Shown here in pieces: positions 25,327-39,889 of a stretch of DNA of 64,000 nucleotides. Where the stretch lies: assembly GCF_009914755.1 (NCBI RefSeq), contig NC_060936.1; one strand, written 5' to 3'. The stretch is from the human T2T-CHM13v2.0 reference genome, Homo sapiens. Position numbers and translations under genes: made by a program. The notes under the pieces were generated by a model, which saw only the letters and a list, made by a program, of their open reading frames with translations, did no database searches and was not told the DNA's origin. How positions within the stretch are numbered: the stretch's first letter is position 1; each line of letters opens with the position of its first letter.

Positions 25327-25884
25327 TCTTCCCCCATTTTAAAACACAATACCTGATGAATCTAGAAGTTCCCTCTTCCTGTCATGAATGAAGCCATCTT
25401 CTGCCTTTGGCTTCACCTGAGGGTCTCACATGTGTCGCATGAAATCAGGGACCAAGTTCTCTGGAGGTTACCTCCGCAACGTCTGTTCCATCTGTAAGAT
25501 CCCTTTCCTTTCCACCATGAAGCACTATGAGCTCATTACTCTTTGTATGGAGCACTGCAAACACCTCCGGCTGCCTTCCCTTTTACAGTCAGTTGTAAAC
25601 AATACCGCCAAATAATTAACATTTCTAAGATAAATTTCTGAGCATAATCACCAGAACTCCATGTCTTAGTTAACTGATCCCTTTTTTTTTAAGAAATTAA
25701 GTATACATTCCACTGCCAAACATTCAGTGGTCTCTCAATTGGGCACTGGTTTAAATTTCCAGCCTCTGGTTTAGCTATTCCCTGTACTGTAGCCAAACAC
25801 TGTCCCTGTTCCTCATTCACATTGTAGGTTTTTAGGTTTTTATTTCTCTGTGACTTTGCCTTTTCTGATTCTCATCAGGATAAC

Positions 25885-26165
<281 letters not shown>

Positions 26166-26484
26166 AGATGACACTTTTGTAAAGTCCATCTTAAATAAAA
26201 AATATTTTTTAAAGCTTTTCCTTACTTCCCTCTATGACCTGATATGATTTCTTCTTCTTTCAAACTTTTTGTTCTACTTTGGTGGACTCACTCTTACAAA
26301 ATTTCTTATATTCTAACTTGCTGTACAATTATTTTCTTATCTAATATTTCCTACTAAATTTCAAATCCTTCCAGAATATGAGCCATGTATCTTCTCATCT
26401 TCTCATTTTTATATGAGGTACAGGATCCAGTGCAAAGTTATAAATATAATAGAATACAAAAAATTTTCCTAATTCACTATTGCC

Positions 26485-26641
26485 TAAATTTCTCCAATCA
26501 TCATCATCCTGGTAAAAAGTGAGATTCTTCACAATTCCCTGGGTGATTCTGACTCATTAGATTTAAGTGGAGGCCCAGGAATCTATATTTTTAGAAGCGT
26601 TTGAAATGATTTTGATGATTAACACAATTGGAAAGACACTG
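26485..26641. mobile_element. MER5-family hAT MITE
   Basis: gattctgactcattagatttaagtggaggcccaggaatctatatttttagaag...tgattttgatg...gacactg. Confidence 0.65.
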
Positions 26642-28067
26642 GCTTAAATGAATTCAAATTATTTATGTATCCTGATTACTGTTTGAAAAGAATTATTTAT
26701 GAGAGAGGCTAGATCCTTCATGTGTTTATTTATTGAACAGAACGTATTTAGAAAGTTCTGTACAGGTAAATAGGATGTTAGAGTTTGTTAACATCTTCAC
26801 TAGAAGTTTCCTGAAACAAATGTTCTCTGTTTTGTTTTATTTCGCTCTTTCTGGCATTTATGAGATGGCGTTTTGCCATGATGGTGTTTGACTAGTGTGT
26901 TTTCAGAGTCTGAGCTGGGAAGGCAACAATTAGAGAAGGAATGTTGGGGCTTGGGAGAAAAGAGAGTCAGCTATAGGGTGAAATGTCTGAAGACTGTTTT
27001 TCTGGAATCACATGTGCCCTTTGGAGCAATGTGCAACCTTGAGTGAACTGTGATTTGGGAGAAAAGGTGCATGGCCCTAGACCTCTCACTGACCTCTGCT
27101 TGGCAGTTTTAGGCTGCTGGCAAGTGCTCTGCAGGCAGAGCCCACGGAGTACTGTTCTCAAGATGAAGCCCACAGGCTTTTGTCTTGATGCTGCAGTCAG
27201 CACTGAGGGGATGCTGGAAGCTGCACCTGTGGATCCTGTTGCTGGCCCTGCCTGCCTTAACTAAAGGCATCAGTAGGAGGAATTTGCTCTTTTATGTACA
27301 AATAAATATGTTCATTAATTTAGGGCAAAAATGAGAATTTCCTTTCAAGAAAAAGATTACAAAAGAAAGCCCTAGGATTAATGAACATAAATGATCTCCT
27401 TGCAGTAATGTTTCTGAGTATAACTTGTGTAATGTGTTTGGAATGAAATCTACCAGGGAAAGGATAGCTTCTTAATTTAATTGGCCCTGCTGGCAAGGAT
27501 ACTATTAATGAAGCAGATGTCTCTCTTTCAGTCTCCCTGAGTGCTTTTATAGCAAGTAAAATTCCTTTTCTTTGATCAGAAATAGGGTAGTTAACACATC
27601 TTCAGGAACTGGGCTGCTGCTCAATTTTCCGATTTAATTTTAATGATTTTTTTCTTAGCAGACTTTTTCCATGAAGAAGGGGTTTCTCTCAATATGTTGA
27701 GCCCTGAACAGTGTATTTCTCATTCTCTTTAAATAGTACTGGTTTGGAAGCTGTGGAGATATCTCCTGATTTAAGCTTGTATTTGGATGTCCACATGCTT
27801 CAGTGATGCCCTCAATAGTGATGTTCTGGAAGTGCATTTGTAAGAGAAGAATTGGGGTAGGGGTAGGTGGAAAGGGCTGGGATCTTAGATCGTGATGGAG
27901 TTGGGCTCGTACCTCAGGTGACTTTGGGCAAGGCACTCCACTTCTGTGGCACAGTGAAAGAAGACAGTACTTGACTCCCTGGGTGATCTTGAAAATTCCG
28001 TCCTATACCATTTGCAAAAAATGTCTGAATATCCACTTTGTGTCAAATAATAAGTAAGATGGTGCCT

Positions 28068-28444
<377 letters not shown>

Positions 28445-28931
28445 CTATTTGTTCAGTTTCCAGGAACTGTGACACCTAACCTCACTTTTATGAGCAGAAA
28501 GCAATTCTAGACCACCCAGGACCTTTTTGAAGAAAGGTATAGCACTTTAACCCAGCTGAAAATTGATGGTAAGTCTCTCTCATATGAAGAGCAAAAAAAT
28601 TCTAACTTTCCAGTGAAACATTAGCAGTGCTTAAAATAAGTCAATAGTAAAATAAAAGTAACAAGCATTTTAGAATAATAGAATATGTCACTAATGCTTT
28701 AGAGATGAGTTTCAGCTTTGCAACATTTTCCAAATACCGAAATGCTTGTGCCTTTGCAATGTGAACAAATTATTTATTGTGCTTGTTTTGCTATTTTCTG
28801 ATTACTTGTATACTTCTGGGCCACCTTTAGAACAGATTTACATGGTGATACCTCTAGATTTTCTTGATAGAGTGCTTCCAACCTGGAAAACTCAGGACTA
28901 ATAGGCCTCAGTTTGTCAAATCACATTGCAG

Positions 28932-29639
28932 CAGGGCCAGGATTAGGGTGCAGGGAGTGAGGCAGAATCATGCACATACAGTGTCAGACCCTATCTGTAG
29001 CGGGCCAAATGATGTCCTCCAAGGATGTCCAAGATCCCGTCCCTGGAGCCTGTGAGCATATTACCGTACATGGCAAAATGAACTCTGCAGGTGGGATTAA
29101 AGGACATTTAAATGGGAAGATTATATTGGATTATCTGTGTGGGTCTAGTGTAATCACAAGGATCCTTAAGAGGGAGAGGGAGGCAGGAAGTCAGAGTAAT
29201 TCCATGTGTGAAAGACTCAACCTACCATTACTGGTTTTGAAGATGGAGAAAGGGGGCCAGGAGAAAAGAAATGCAGGCAGCCTCTAGATGCTGGAAAAGA
29301 GCAGGAAGACAGATCCTCCCCTCAAGCCTCCAGAAGAAATGCAGCTCTGCCGACGTCTTGTTGTTAGTCTAGTAAGATTCATGTCAGACGTCTGGTATGC
29401 AGAACAGTACAATTATAAATGTATGTTGTTTTACACAAATAAATTTAAGGTAATTTGTTAGGGCAGCCGTAGAAAACTAATTCACTAACTTTATTTAAAA
29501 TTTTGATACTGTGCTTATCATGGATTTTTTTACATTTGTTTTGATTTTTTTTTTTAGAACATTGCACTACAGTATTATTTATCTTGCTTATTGAGTTTTC
29601 TACAGCCAAGCTGAGAGCCTCCCCCTAGGTTTGGTCCTG
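28932..29639 (-). mobile_element. hAT non-autonomous element (MER96/MER96B-like) split by MLT1D
   Basis: Ends cagggccaggattaggg / cctaggtttggtcctg; internal tttatttaaaattttgata...tattatttatcttg...gagtttt; 8-bp TSD cattgcag (28924-28931) / cagtgcag (29640-29647). Confidence 0.75.
28996..29484 (+). mobile_element. MLT1D MaLR solo LTR
   Basis: tgtagcgggc...catggcaaaa...gattatattggattatctg...ggtaatttgttagggcagccgtagaaaactaattca; TSD ctatc/ctaac. Confidence 0.88.
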
Positions 29640-30259
29640 CAGTGCAGGCTCAGTTTTGCCCCAGGATACTTCGTTGCTGGTAGCACTGGCAATGTTAGTG
29701 CAGCCTCATGTAGAAACATGATCTGCAAATTTGTAGACCGGATCACTTGTCACTGCTCCTTGTTCAACCTGAAGAATGTGTTCAAGTCTTAACTGAGACT
29801 ACAAGGAAGGGTTCGCTTTGACTCTGGCAAACTATTTATCATGAATGAACATTAGCAGCAATGTGACAAAGAACATATAAGGAAGAATTGTTCTGTGGAA
29901 TACATTTTAAGCTTGGAGATGTTAAAACTGAATCATCCAAGTGTATTTCTGACACTGAATTTTATACTCTCATTTTATCACCTGTAGGAAGGACCTTTTC
30001 AACCTAACTCAGTATCAATTATTTACTTACTTTGTCTGGGTATAGTATCTTCTATTAGTTAGGCAACCCTGAGGTTAAATTCCAGACTTGTCTCATAGGC
30101 TGTCATCCTATAACTAGTGAAAGATCTAGTTCATTTTTTTTTTTTTTTTTAGTTAGCAAAATAGTGTATGGTACCACAGTCCAACACAAATAACTAACAT
30201 GCATGGAGAAAAACAACAAAAATAATAGATAAAACAACAACAGCAACAACATCCACCAT

Positions 30260-30630
30260 GTATAAAGTACTCAATTTTCACATAATCCTCCAAAGAACTC
30301 TACAAGCCATGTTCTGTTATCCTCATTTCCCCAGATGAGAAAGTCGAAGCTTAGAGAGACAATAACACACAAAAATAACTAACACTTAAATAGAATTTAC
30401 CATGTTGCCAGGCACTGTTCTAAGGGCTTTACTAGCTCCTTTAATCCACAGCGCCCTAATGGGCATTGTCTCATTTTGCAGATGAGGAAACTGAGGCATA
30501 CAAAAGTTCATAGGCTTAAATGGAGACGTTAACTTACTTATAGTCATGCTGATGGTGAATAAATTGAGAAATAGAAATTCAAACTCAGATCCATCCAATT
30601 AAAAAATGCCATGCTCTTTTTACCATGCCA
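30260..30630 (-). mobile_element. two tandem MIR copies
   Basis: cctcatttccccagatgagaaagtcgaagcttagagag and ctcattttgcagatgaggaaactgaggca cores. Confidence 0.75.
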
Positions 30631-31574
30631 GTTGCCTCCTAGAACCTTAAACCGGAGTCTCACTAATCTAACTGGTCTCATTACCTTAGCCACTCTCCCC
30701 ATTCCCTGTCATGATCATGTCATCTGCCTTTTTACAAATTCCAGGTACAGCTCTGGTCAGCTCCCTGGGAGGGGCGGACAGAGTCACTTTGCCACTGCCA
30801 AGGGCTCAAAGCAATGTCTGGGAACACCACACCCTGAAAGTCCCTTCCTCCTACGACTCCCTTGCTTGCTTCTAATCCTGGCAGTACATGTGGCAAAGGG
30901 GTAAACTGCTTTTCCCAGAAAAAAATTTATGATCCTGACAGCATGACTTAGCAGATCTTTATTGCCCTACTGCCTTGGGAAAGGTATTATCTGACCAGGG
31001 TGGGTAGTGATAATGCTTTTACATCAATAGAATCTATCACAGTGTTAAAGTACAGTCCATAGAATTTGTTTTATTCTACTTAGCAACATTTCAGGATATC
31101 TTTAAGGGGACACTTTAGAATGAAGGTCATTTTAAAAAATTCAACTCAGAGTCTATGATTTACCTGTAAGATATCTCCTTTAAGTTTTATTCAAATGTGA
31201 ACGACTTTTGAGTCTTAAAAGATAACTGATTAATATTAGGTACTTTAATGACACATTTTAAATCTTTCTATTCCTAGTTGATTGTAATCTTAAATTTATT
31301 TCAAAGGGTTTATTGTAGGAAGTAAAGATTCTGTCAATTTATATTTTAAATTAATTTAAAACTAACAATGACCATGACATTTTTCTGAGATGAAACTCTT
31401 GATAACGTATGTTCTAGGATACATATTTGATTTTATATACATCAAAATATATGTTCATTTGGATGATTCTATTTCTATGCATTTAACATTTATGAATGAT
31501 GGAGGATATCAATGTCATAGCTTAAAACACCACCAAGAAACAATGCAAGAAACATTGAAAAAAAAAAAAGTTTG

Positions 31575-31730
31575 ACCAGGAGTCCAAACACCCGATGTTT
31601 GTTTCTCCCGTCACTAGCTATGAAATCATAATACTCTGGGTCTCAGTTTCCTCTTCTTTAAAATGCAGTTAATAAAATATGTCCTTCCTACTTTATAGGG
31701 TTGACTTTAAGAAAAAAATTAGATAACATA
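31575..31730 (+). mobile_element. MIR fragment
   Basis: ctctgggtctcagtttcctcttctttaaaatg...cctactttatagggttg. Confidence 0.65.
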
Positions 31731-32356
31731 AATATAATTTGAAGAGAAATAATGTAACCTCCTCTATGTAATTTAAACTATTGAAATTTATCTTTATGGT
31801 GTCTGTTTCTTAGGGACTACATACACTCATTTCATTTACACATTTTAGTCACATCATAATTTGCATCATGCATTGTATATTTGTATTTCTTGCATATATA
31901 GAACAAGTAGCCATGACAGGAAAAGCATCTGTTGTCAGGAGAAAGTTTGAAGTTTTGAGGTATACTGGATTAGGATTTGGGGGCCTTGGCTTTTGCTCCA
32001 TGCTCTGTTACCTGAATGGCTACACTCTAGTTCTATTGCCATTAGAGATCGTTTTACCTCTCAGGGTGCTGGTTCTTTCCTAGGTGAAAATCAGGGGGAT
32101 TGTATGAAATAGAATCTGAAAAGTCCTCTTCAGATCTATTCAGTCTTTTCTGCTGCTTTACATTTTTAGGTTTTAATGTCAGTTTTGGCTATCAAGGAGG
32201 AGATTAAAGAGCAAATGCATTATTATCTCTGTGTTTTAGTTAAAAATATAGTTTCCTAGGATTCATTTACATACTTTAAATTTGTCAGTAGCTTCATTAA
32301 ACTCATGTTTAGTATAATTTAAAAATAGTTAACATTTATTGAGCATTTCCTTTGTA

Positions 32357-32767
32357 CAATGTCCATCAATGATAGACTGGATTAAGAAAATGTGGCACAT
32401 ATACACCATGGAATACTACGTAGCCATAAAAAAGGATGAGTTCATGTCCTTTGCAGGGACATGGATGAAGCTGGAAACCATCACTCTGAGCAAACTATCG
32501 CAAGGACAGAAAACCAAACACCGCATATTCTCACTCATAGGTGGGAATTAAACAATGAGAACACATGGACACAGGGTGGGGAACATCACACACTGGGGCC
32601 TGTCGTGGGGTGGGGGGATGGGGGAGGGATAGCATTACAAGATATACCTAATGTCAATGACGAGTTAATGGGTTCAGCACACCAACATGGCACATGTATA
32701 CTAGGTAACAAACCTGCACGTTGTGCACATGTACCCTAGAACTTAAAGTATAATAAAAAATAAATAA
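32357..32767 (+). mobile_element. 5'-truncated L1PA (approx. L1PA4-6) inserted into a MIR
   Basis: ORF 32339-32551 gives the L1 ORF2p C-terminus; G-rich 3'UTR; perfect 15-bp TSD agcatttcctttgta at 32342-32356 and 32768-32782. Confidence 0.96.
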
Positions 32768-32782
32768 AGCATTTCCTTTGTA

Positions 32783-32975
32783 TAAGGTTCTTTGATAAAC
32801 ACTTTTTTTACATTATATTATTTAATACTAAAAATAACCCTAAGCAGTAAATGTGATGATTAGCTCTATTTTAGAGAGGAGGAGATTGAACCTAACAGAG
32901 ACTACATAAATTGCCAATGTAACACATTTGCTAAGTTCCATGTAGTGTTTGAATCCAGACCTTTGTTCTACATTA
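32783..32975 (-). mobile_element. MIR (host of the L1PA; begins about 32322)
   Basis: aatagttaacatttattgagcattt [L1] ...tattttagagaggaggagattga...tttgaatccagac. Confidence 0.6.
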
Positions 32976-34598
32976 CCCCATATAAAAGAATATACTTCAT
33001 TTCAGTGTATTTTGTGAATTATCAAATGAGAAAGGCTTTCTTATATTAACCAAACAGTAACTCTCTGTCTTAAGATATGAAGGGCTATATTTGAACACCT
33101 GGACCTAAATATTCCTCACCCAAAAATATGACCAAAGAAAGAATTTGGAAATCCTGACTTTGAAGTAACAATGATACCTATTCTTTGTTTAGAATAGCTG
33201 TAGATCTCCCAAATTATGTGTTTTTAAAGAAATTTTACCTTAATCATGGACTGAATAATTACAGTCATATGATATGTAAATTACACATATTTATTGTTAC
33301 CTTATATTCCACGCTTAACATGGGAAAGGAGAGAGCATTTACACAGCAAAATCAGTGAAAGAAGACAATTCATGACATTTTCTTTCATGGTAGAATTAGA
33401 AATTAGGATAAGGTATGAGGTTAATTGATTTATGTCTCCATGAAACCACTATGTAAACACAACTTTAGGTGAATATATTAGAGTAATGTTTGATTTTTAA
33501 TTCTATCCAGTAGAGGGAGATGGCATGTTAACTATTACATTGCAATTTATATGTCCATATTTTTAATAATTTCTTACAGAATCCTAATAGGTAAAATCTG
33601 GGATAAGCAAATATTTTGATCTTTAAAAGGCTTTGGAAGTGATATGAACTTAGTTCTCATAGGGAGTTAAATCAAATAAAGTTAACTGACTTTATTTGAT
33701 TGTAATAAAGTTATAATACAATACTTCAGATTTACTTGTGGATAAATGGAGAGAGTCTAAAATAATTTCATAGGGAGGTTAGAAAAGGTTTCCTTTACTA
33801 GTTAATAACCTTAAACAATTTCACCACATCCATCTTATGTTATCATAAACAATGTGGAAGGCTCTACTTTAGGTGTAAATCACAGGTATGGCAGCTGTGT
33901 GGTGCTCATTGGTGACTGGCATGATTTCTCCTTACAATGTGGAAAATAGTCACCCTCAGTCAGGATTCTTTTATCCTTGAAATCAACGATCAAATGAAAT
34001 CAAATGATAGACCTTTGGCTAATAGCAGTATTTCTTTATCTTCATAAAAATTTAAATATCTTATGAAAATTATAATTGTTCTTGACACAAATCAATACTG
34101 AAGTGAAAGTGCCAGAACTTAGACATGTAGAAAAAGAAACCAGTATGCAGGAGTTGGAAAAAAAAGAAAATAAAACTTTCAATGAAGTGAAAATACCAGA
34201 AGTAGAGTCCTGGTATGCAGTAGCTCATATATTTTTTTTTTTGACCAGTTGAAGAATTTTTTTTTTTAAATCACTTTCTTGGTTCCTTCTTTAATAGAAC
34301 GATTTTTAAATATAAAGTTGAGATGAATAATTTAAATGTTTTCTTAAATGGCAGTAGAAATATAAATGAGTCATTTAAGAACTCTAGACCTCATCAACCC
34401 AATTACAACCATTTAAGCATTCAGTTAACAGTCTGAAGTAAATTTTCTTCTGTCTTCCCCTCTTCTTTCTGGTAAGTGCTCTGCCAGCCTCTTCATCTCC
34501 CCAAAGGCGGCAAAACAAATACTATCAATGAGCAACTTTCATTGTTGCTCTCTAACTGAACTTAGTGCAGATTGTATCTGAATAGTTTGCCTGTACAA

Positions 34599-34618
34599 CT
34601 TCTAGAACATTCTAGAAA
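34599..34618. promoter_or_regulatory. perfect four-pentamer heat shock element (HSF1 consensus)
   Basis: cTTCtaGAAcaTTCtaGAAa = nTTCn nGAAn nTTCn nGAAn. Confidence 0.5.
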
Positions 34619-35541
34619 AATATTGGTGAGGCTACAGGGCCTGGGTGATACCTATGAAGAGTACTCACTCAAAGGCAAAGTTGGACTAATTCACCATATC
34701 TCACCTGGGGCTACAACTAGAACATTTTATTGTTATTGATTTTATGTTTTTGTTTCTGCATGAAGCTGCTACACAGAGAAGTGATTCTCACATTGGAGAG
34801 CACTGACTCCCAGAATTTTACCATGTTACTAAGATGTTTTTAACATGATCTACATGGATGCTGTTTCTTTGCCTTCCGAGGCTGATTTTACTTTGGCTTT
34901 GGGTTAACTTCCAGAAGCATCCACAAAAGATTGGATCACCTTAAGCATGTTGTGACATTTTTAGTTTTAATACAATTTTTGCGGGTCACTTAAAGTGTTT
35001 ATATCATATAGCAGATAGGATGTCATTCAAGCATGCTTATCAAATATTCTTTTTCCAAAACCTTTTTTCTCTTTTATTTCAACAATCAGAAATTTTCTCT
35101 CATACCCAACTACCCCAAGTGTGCTTCCTATATATCAAGGACAAATTAATTTATTGCTTTCTTCTTGAAGAACTTTATTATTTTAATACCTTTATTTAAC
35201 TTATGCTTTCTATTATGTATGAGTGTTTCTTGTACTTCCTGGTTTTAACCAATAGTCCAGTATGAAAAGTATGACTGAATATATAAACATGATCTCCTTG
35301 GTCTTAAACTTGTCTTGGCCTATGAATGACTAGAATTAACTAGGAAGTTTTAAATCAATATTCAGACAAAGCAAAATGAAACAAACCCACTAATTTTGGA
35401 TGGGCATCATTTTTGTAAAACTAGTTAAATTCCCTTCGTGTGTGAATTTCGATTATTTCCCCACTTTCTATTAAATTTTGCATTACGTAAATCATGCCCT
35501 AAATTACACAACTTACTTTACCAATTTAAAAAATGAATTGG

Positions 35542-35905
<364 letters not shown>

Positions 35906-36309
35906 TTATGACATGTAATAGAAAAAATTGGGGGCATATATCTACATTATTCTGGAAGATAATTTGTAACAAACAGCGTGGCATATGAAAGGGGACTTCT
36001 GAGAATGCTTAGGCATGAGATTCAAACCTTGATTAAACCCTTTGGTTGTAAATGGTTTTTGGTCTTTCAATGACTTATGAATTTCTCGTCCTCTTTCTTG
36101 TTTCATACTCTTTGCAGTCACATTGTGTCACATAGCATGGAATGGAATGATTTTATTACAATGCTTGTTAGTATAATTGATTGTGCTAGACTTAATGAAC
36201 AATGCTCTCAGTGGATATTTCAGGTTGATTTATAGTGCTTTTTCTTTTTAAGCAAACATGGAACAAAGTCCATGGAGCTTCCTCTCATTGCTCATAAACA
36301 TGGCCTGCT

Positions 36310-36920
36310 TAACATGTAGTGGAAAGAGCATATAATTGGAACTCAAAAGACCCAGGCCCAGGATTTATTTATTCCACTGGGTCCTAATTGTGTGGCATTG
36401 GCTATACCACTCTGCCAATCAGAAATTCAACTTCCTTTTCTGTAAACTGTGAATAACAATTGCTTGATCTGTTGTCTTAAGTTAGGCTCACATGGAAGAG
36501 TTCTTTGTACACTCTAAAATGCTTTATTATCCTAACTTCAAATTAAGAGAAGCATACTATTCATGCTTCACTGATGATCAAGATAAACTTACACAATAAT
36601 TTTACATTCTTGATAAAAGTCACAATTTTTCACCCTGCATACTTAAAACAATTTCCTGTGAGCTGTAAAATTTGAGCCATTTAAGGAGTTTTGCTATTAT
36701 ACTCTATCTGGAAGCACTACAGGATTCTTAAATTTGCAAGCAGACACGCCTCGTTTCAAATTCTGGCTCTACCACTCATTAGGTATAAGACTTTGAGCAA
36801 ATGTCTTAATCTTGTTGGAAGTCTCCATTTTCCTTGGAAAGGTGATCCTAGTACCCACTTGATGAAGCTGTTATGAGAATTGAGCGAGCTAGATTTTCAA
36901 AAGCACTCAGCACACAGCAT
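36310..36920 (+). mobile_element. two MIR fragments (about 36310-36490 and 36700-36920)
   Basis: tagtggaaagagcat...gacccagg; ttcaaattctggctctaccactcattaggtataagactttgagcaaatgtcttaatct. Confidence 0.65.
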
Positions 36921-38066
36921 CAGTGAAAGGTGGCTGTTTTATGACACTAGGGAGGACAATGCATAATATGAGGAAGGCAGATGACTGTTGACACCTGACC
37001 CAGGCCATCCAGTTATTAGAACCCATCTGAACCACTTCATGGGATGCAGTGGAGACAGGTAAGGTCTTAGTAATTGGCAGTTAACTATGTTATCAGTTAT
37101 TACAGATTTTTCTCATGCCAAATATATATAAATCAACAAAAATATTCTTTTGTTGGCAAAGACAGCTTTCAAAATGAGCATGAATATAATAGAATTGTTT
37201 TCTGACTTCTTTCAAAAGGAGTTTGACAATGTTTTACCAGTTTAGATTTTAAACTTGGTATTATATAATGTTTAAAACCTCAGTTTTATTCACAAATTGC
37301 TACATCTGTGGTCATTCCTAAGTAAAGTTAACCTAGTGAGGAAGGTGTTAATCATTAAAAATTGAAATAAGTGGCAAGTGATATCATGATCAGAGTATCT
37401 CATTCTTATGGTCAAAGGTTATCTCTCCTCCTCCTTGCCCCTGACACGCTGGAGATTTTCATAATACTCAAACATTTATAAACTAACCCAATGTAATTTT
37501 TCTCAAATATGTGTAATATTTGCTCATTTGGAAACTTTCAATCCTCTGGCTCTTGTCTTTGTTTTCCCATTTGCCAGTCTTTTGGAGCATTTAACAGTCA
37601 TTAGTGTGACATGACAGGGTGGGGAAAAAACATAAGAGATCAAAATTAAAATCAGTCTGACAGTCTCATACATCAGCCTGACAATGTGAGTCACCACAGG
37701 GGCTTTGTAGGAAAATGTAAAAACTCCCAGACTCTTCGTTCAAATTCTGCTTCTAGTTCTGGCCATAAAGGAGATATTTTACAGGGTGTATGTTCGTTTG
37801 GCATAGGAGGAGAAATAAATCAGAGGATGGTCTATTTACTAGGGAGAGGCACCCTCCCATGAAGTCAGTCTTTTCCAGGCTAAACCATGGGATTTCCTGA
37901 AGTAGAGGAGCAGAGAACCAAGCAAAACAAGAGTAAGATGGGTGGTGTAAAAGCACTCTGGAGGAGTAGATAGGGAAAAGCAGGAGAAAATCCACAGCGT
38001 AGCACAACTCACGGTGCCAGCCTACCATGCTTCATAACTATGTGCAACTCCAACAAGACTGCATAG

Positions 38067-38135
38067 AAAAGAGAGAGAGGAAAGAGAGAGAGAGGAAAGA
38101 GAGAGAGAGAGATAGAGAGAGAGACAGAAATAGAG
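38067..38135. repeat. (GA)n-rich polypurine tract
   Basis: aagagagagaggaaagagagagaggaaagagagagagagatagagagagagac. Confidence 0.9.
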
Positions 38136-39889
38136 ACCACAGAAGAGGCACTAACAAGTCCAGAAGAAAATGGATCCAGGATAATGCAAGACACACAAAT
38201 CAGCAACATAACCTTAAAAATATAATGGTGCAGCAGCAGCATTGCTGGAAATGGAGAGGGCTAGGAACAGACTGAGATTCACATTTAACCATCTAGGATT
38301 AAAAGGTGATCCTGAGCATGCTATGGAAGGATGTGTCAGTGGTCAAAGGTTAGGTCGTATTCATTAGAAGGCACTTGGAAGTAGTTGTAATGTTTAAATT
38401 AAATGTTTAGTAAATTCACATATTGCTTTTTTTCCCTATAATGTATACTTAAGTAATAATAAGAAAGTCTTTTATTCAAATTTTAGTCTAAGGATGAGTG
38501 AATATATCAAAAATAGGGAAACAGTAGTGTATCCATTTTCTAGTTTTCTGCACCTACTTTCTGTTGCAGTGTTTTTTCAGTGTAAGGTATTCAAATAATA
38601 TTTGTTGAATTGAACTAAATTGAAGGAGAAATTTCTGAGCTTTGTCGTTTTACCTCTTTGGCATCTGTATAAGTTTTAATTTCATTCTCAGATGCCTACT
38701 GGCTCACTCAGTGTTAGGGTCTTCTGGGTCAGATGCTCCTTGTGGGAAGTTACGTAGTTTGGAAGCCTGGAATGTGTTGTTTATGCTAATGAACACACAG
38801 CTATCTTCTCCTCTACGATGAGATTGTCATTCAACTGTCAAACAGTGCTTATCCCAGGGCTGCTTTTTATGTATTTAAAGTCTAAAGAGATATCCTAAGC
38901 TCCTCTATAAGGACTCCTGAGATGTAATTATGAGTCAGTTAAATTTGTTTTTTTGTTTTAAATCATATTTCCCCATATTTTATTTATCTAAGACCAAGCA
39001 CAATGTTTTCTTTATTCCCTATCTCTTAGATAGAGTTCACTTGCTTGCCAACAATAAGTCATCAGAGCCCAGTAAACAATATCCGTATTTAGCTTCCTCT
39101 CATTAGTTTGTCTGTTTTCTATCAGTCAAAGAGGTGTCATGTTGCAGACAGATCAACATTGCTACAAGATTCTTTTTACCTTTGATTGCTAAGAGGGGTA
39201 GAATAGGGTAATTCAGCAGAGTATGCTTTTAAAATTATTTACATGGGTAGTTTAAAAGCATTTTAAGAATCTGTTAATAAAGGCTATCAGTGGAACTAGG
39301 TGAATGGTAAGTGTATTTATATGTTAGACATGGTGGGTCTTTATTACTGTGCTCTTTCTTGTAGACTAGGATTATCTCTGCTATATTCACTCAAGAAACA
39401 TTCATTAAGTAGCTACTATGAACTAGTTTTGGGCTAAGTCATAAGGATTAAAAAATGAACACAGAAATTCAGAAGATACCTTCCACATGCTTCTATAACC
39501 AAGTCAAGGGATCTACCTGCATTTTTACATGAATATTCTAATTTTCTTCCAGTTACAATAAGTGAATTATATATAATTCTGTCTATCTTGATCTAATCCT
39601 CTTTCTTTTTTCAAGAACTTTGTTCCTGCTTTTGCCCCTTCTATCATAAATTTTCCTTCTTTATTGCATCCTATCTATTAGAAAACAAACATGCTGTAAT
39701 ATATTTTGTGTTTGGAAAACCCACTCCAGACCACTTGTTCTACTTTATAGCTTGTTAAAAGAGAATTTTCAAAAAAGACAAAGGTATGGCTCTTCTACAG
39801 CTATAAAAGAGCAAATGTTAAACATTTTATTTAACATATTATTATGGGAGGATCAGGAAGATATTACAAGCAGTCATAGAAGAATCCAA

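Noticed and set aside
27650-27846. NAGNAG acceptor and gtaaga donor (also isolated gtaagt donors near 28569 and 39308)
   Set aside because: Weak donor context or no paired acceptor; such pseudo-exon signals are common in AT-rich introns.
32607-32628. G-quadruplex-like run
   Set aside because: Ordinary L1PA 3'UTR G-tract present in thousands of copies.
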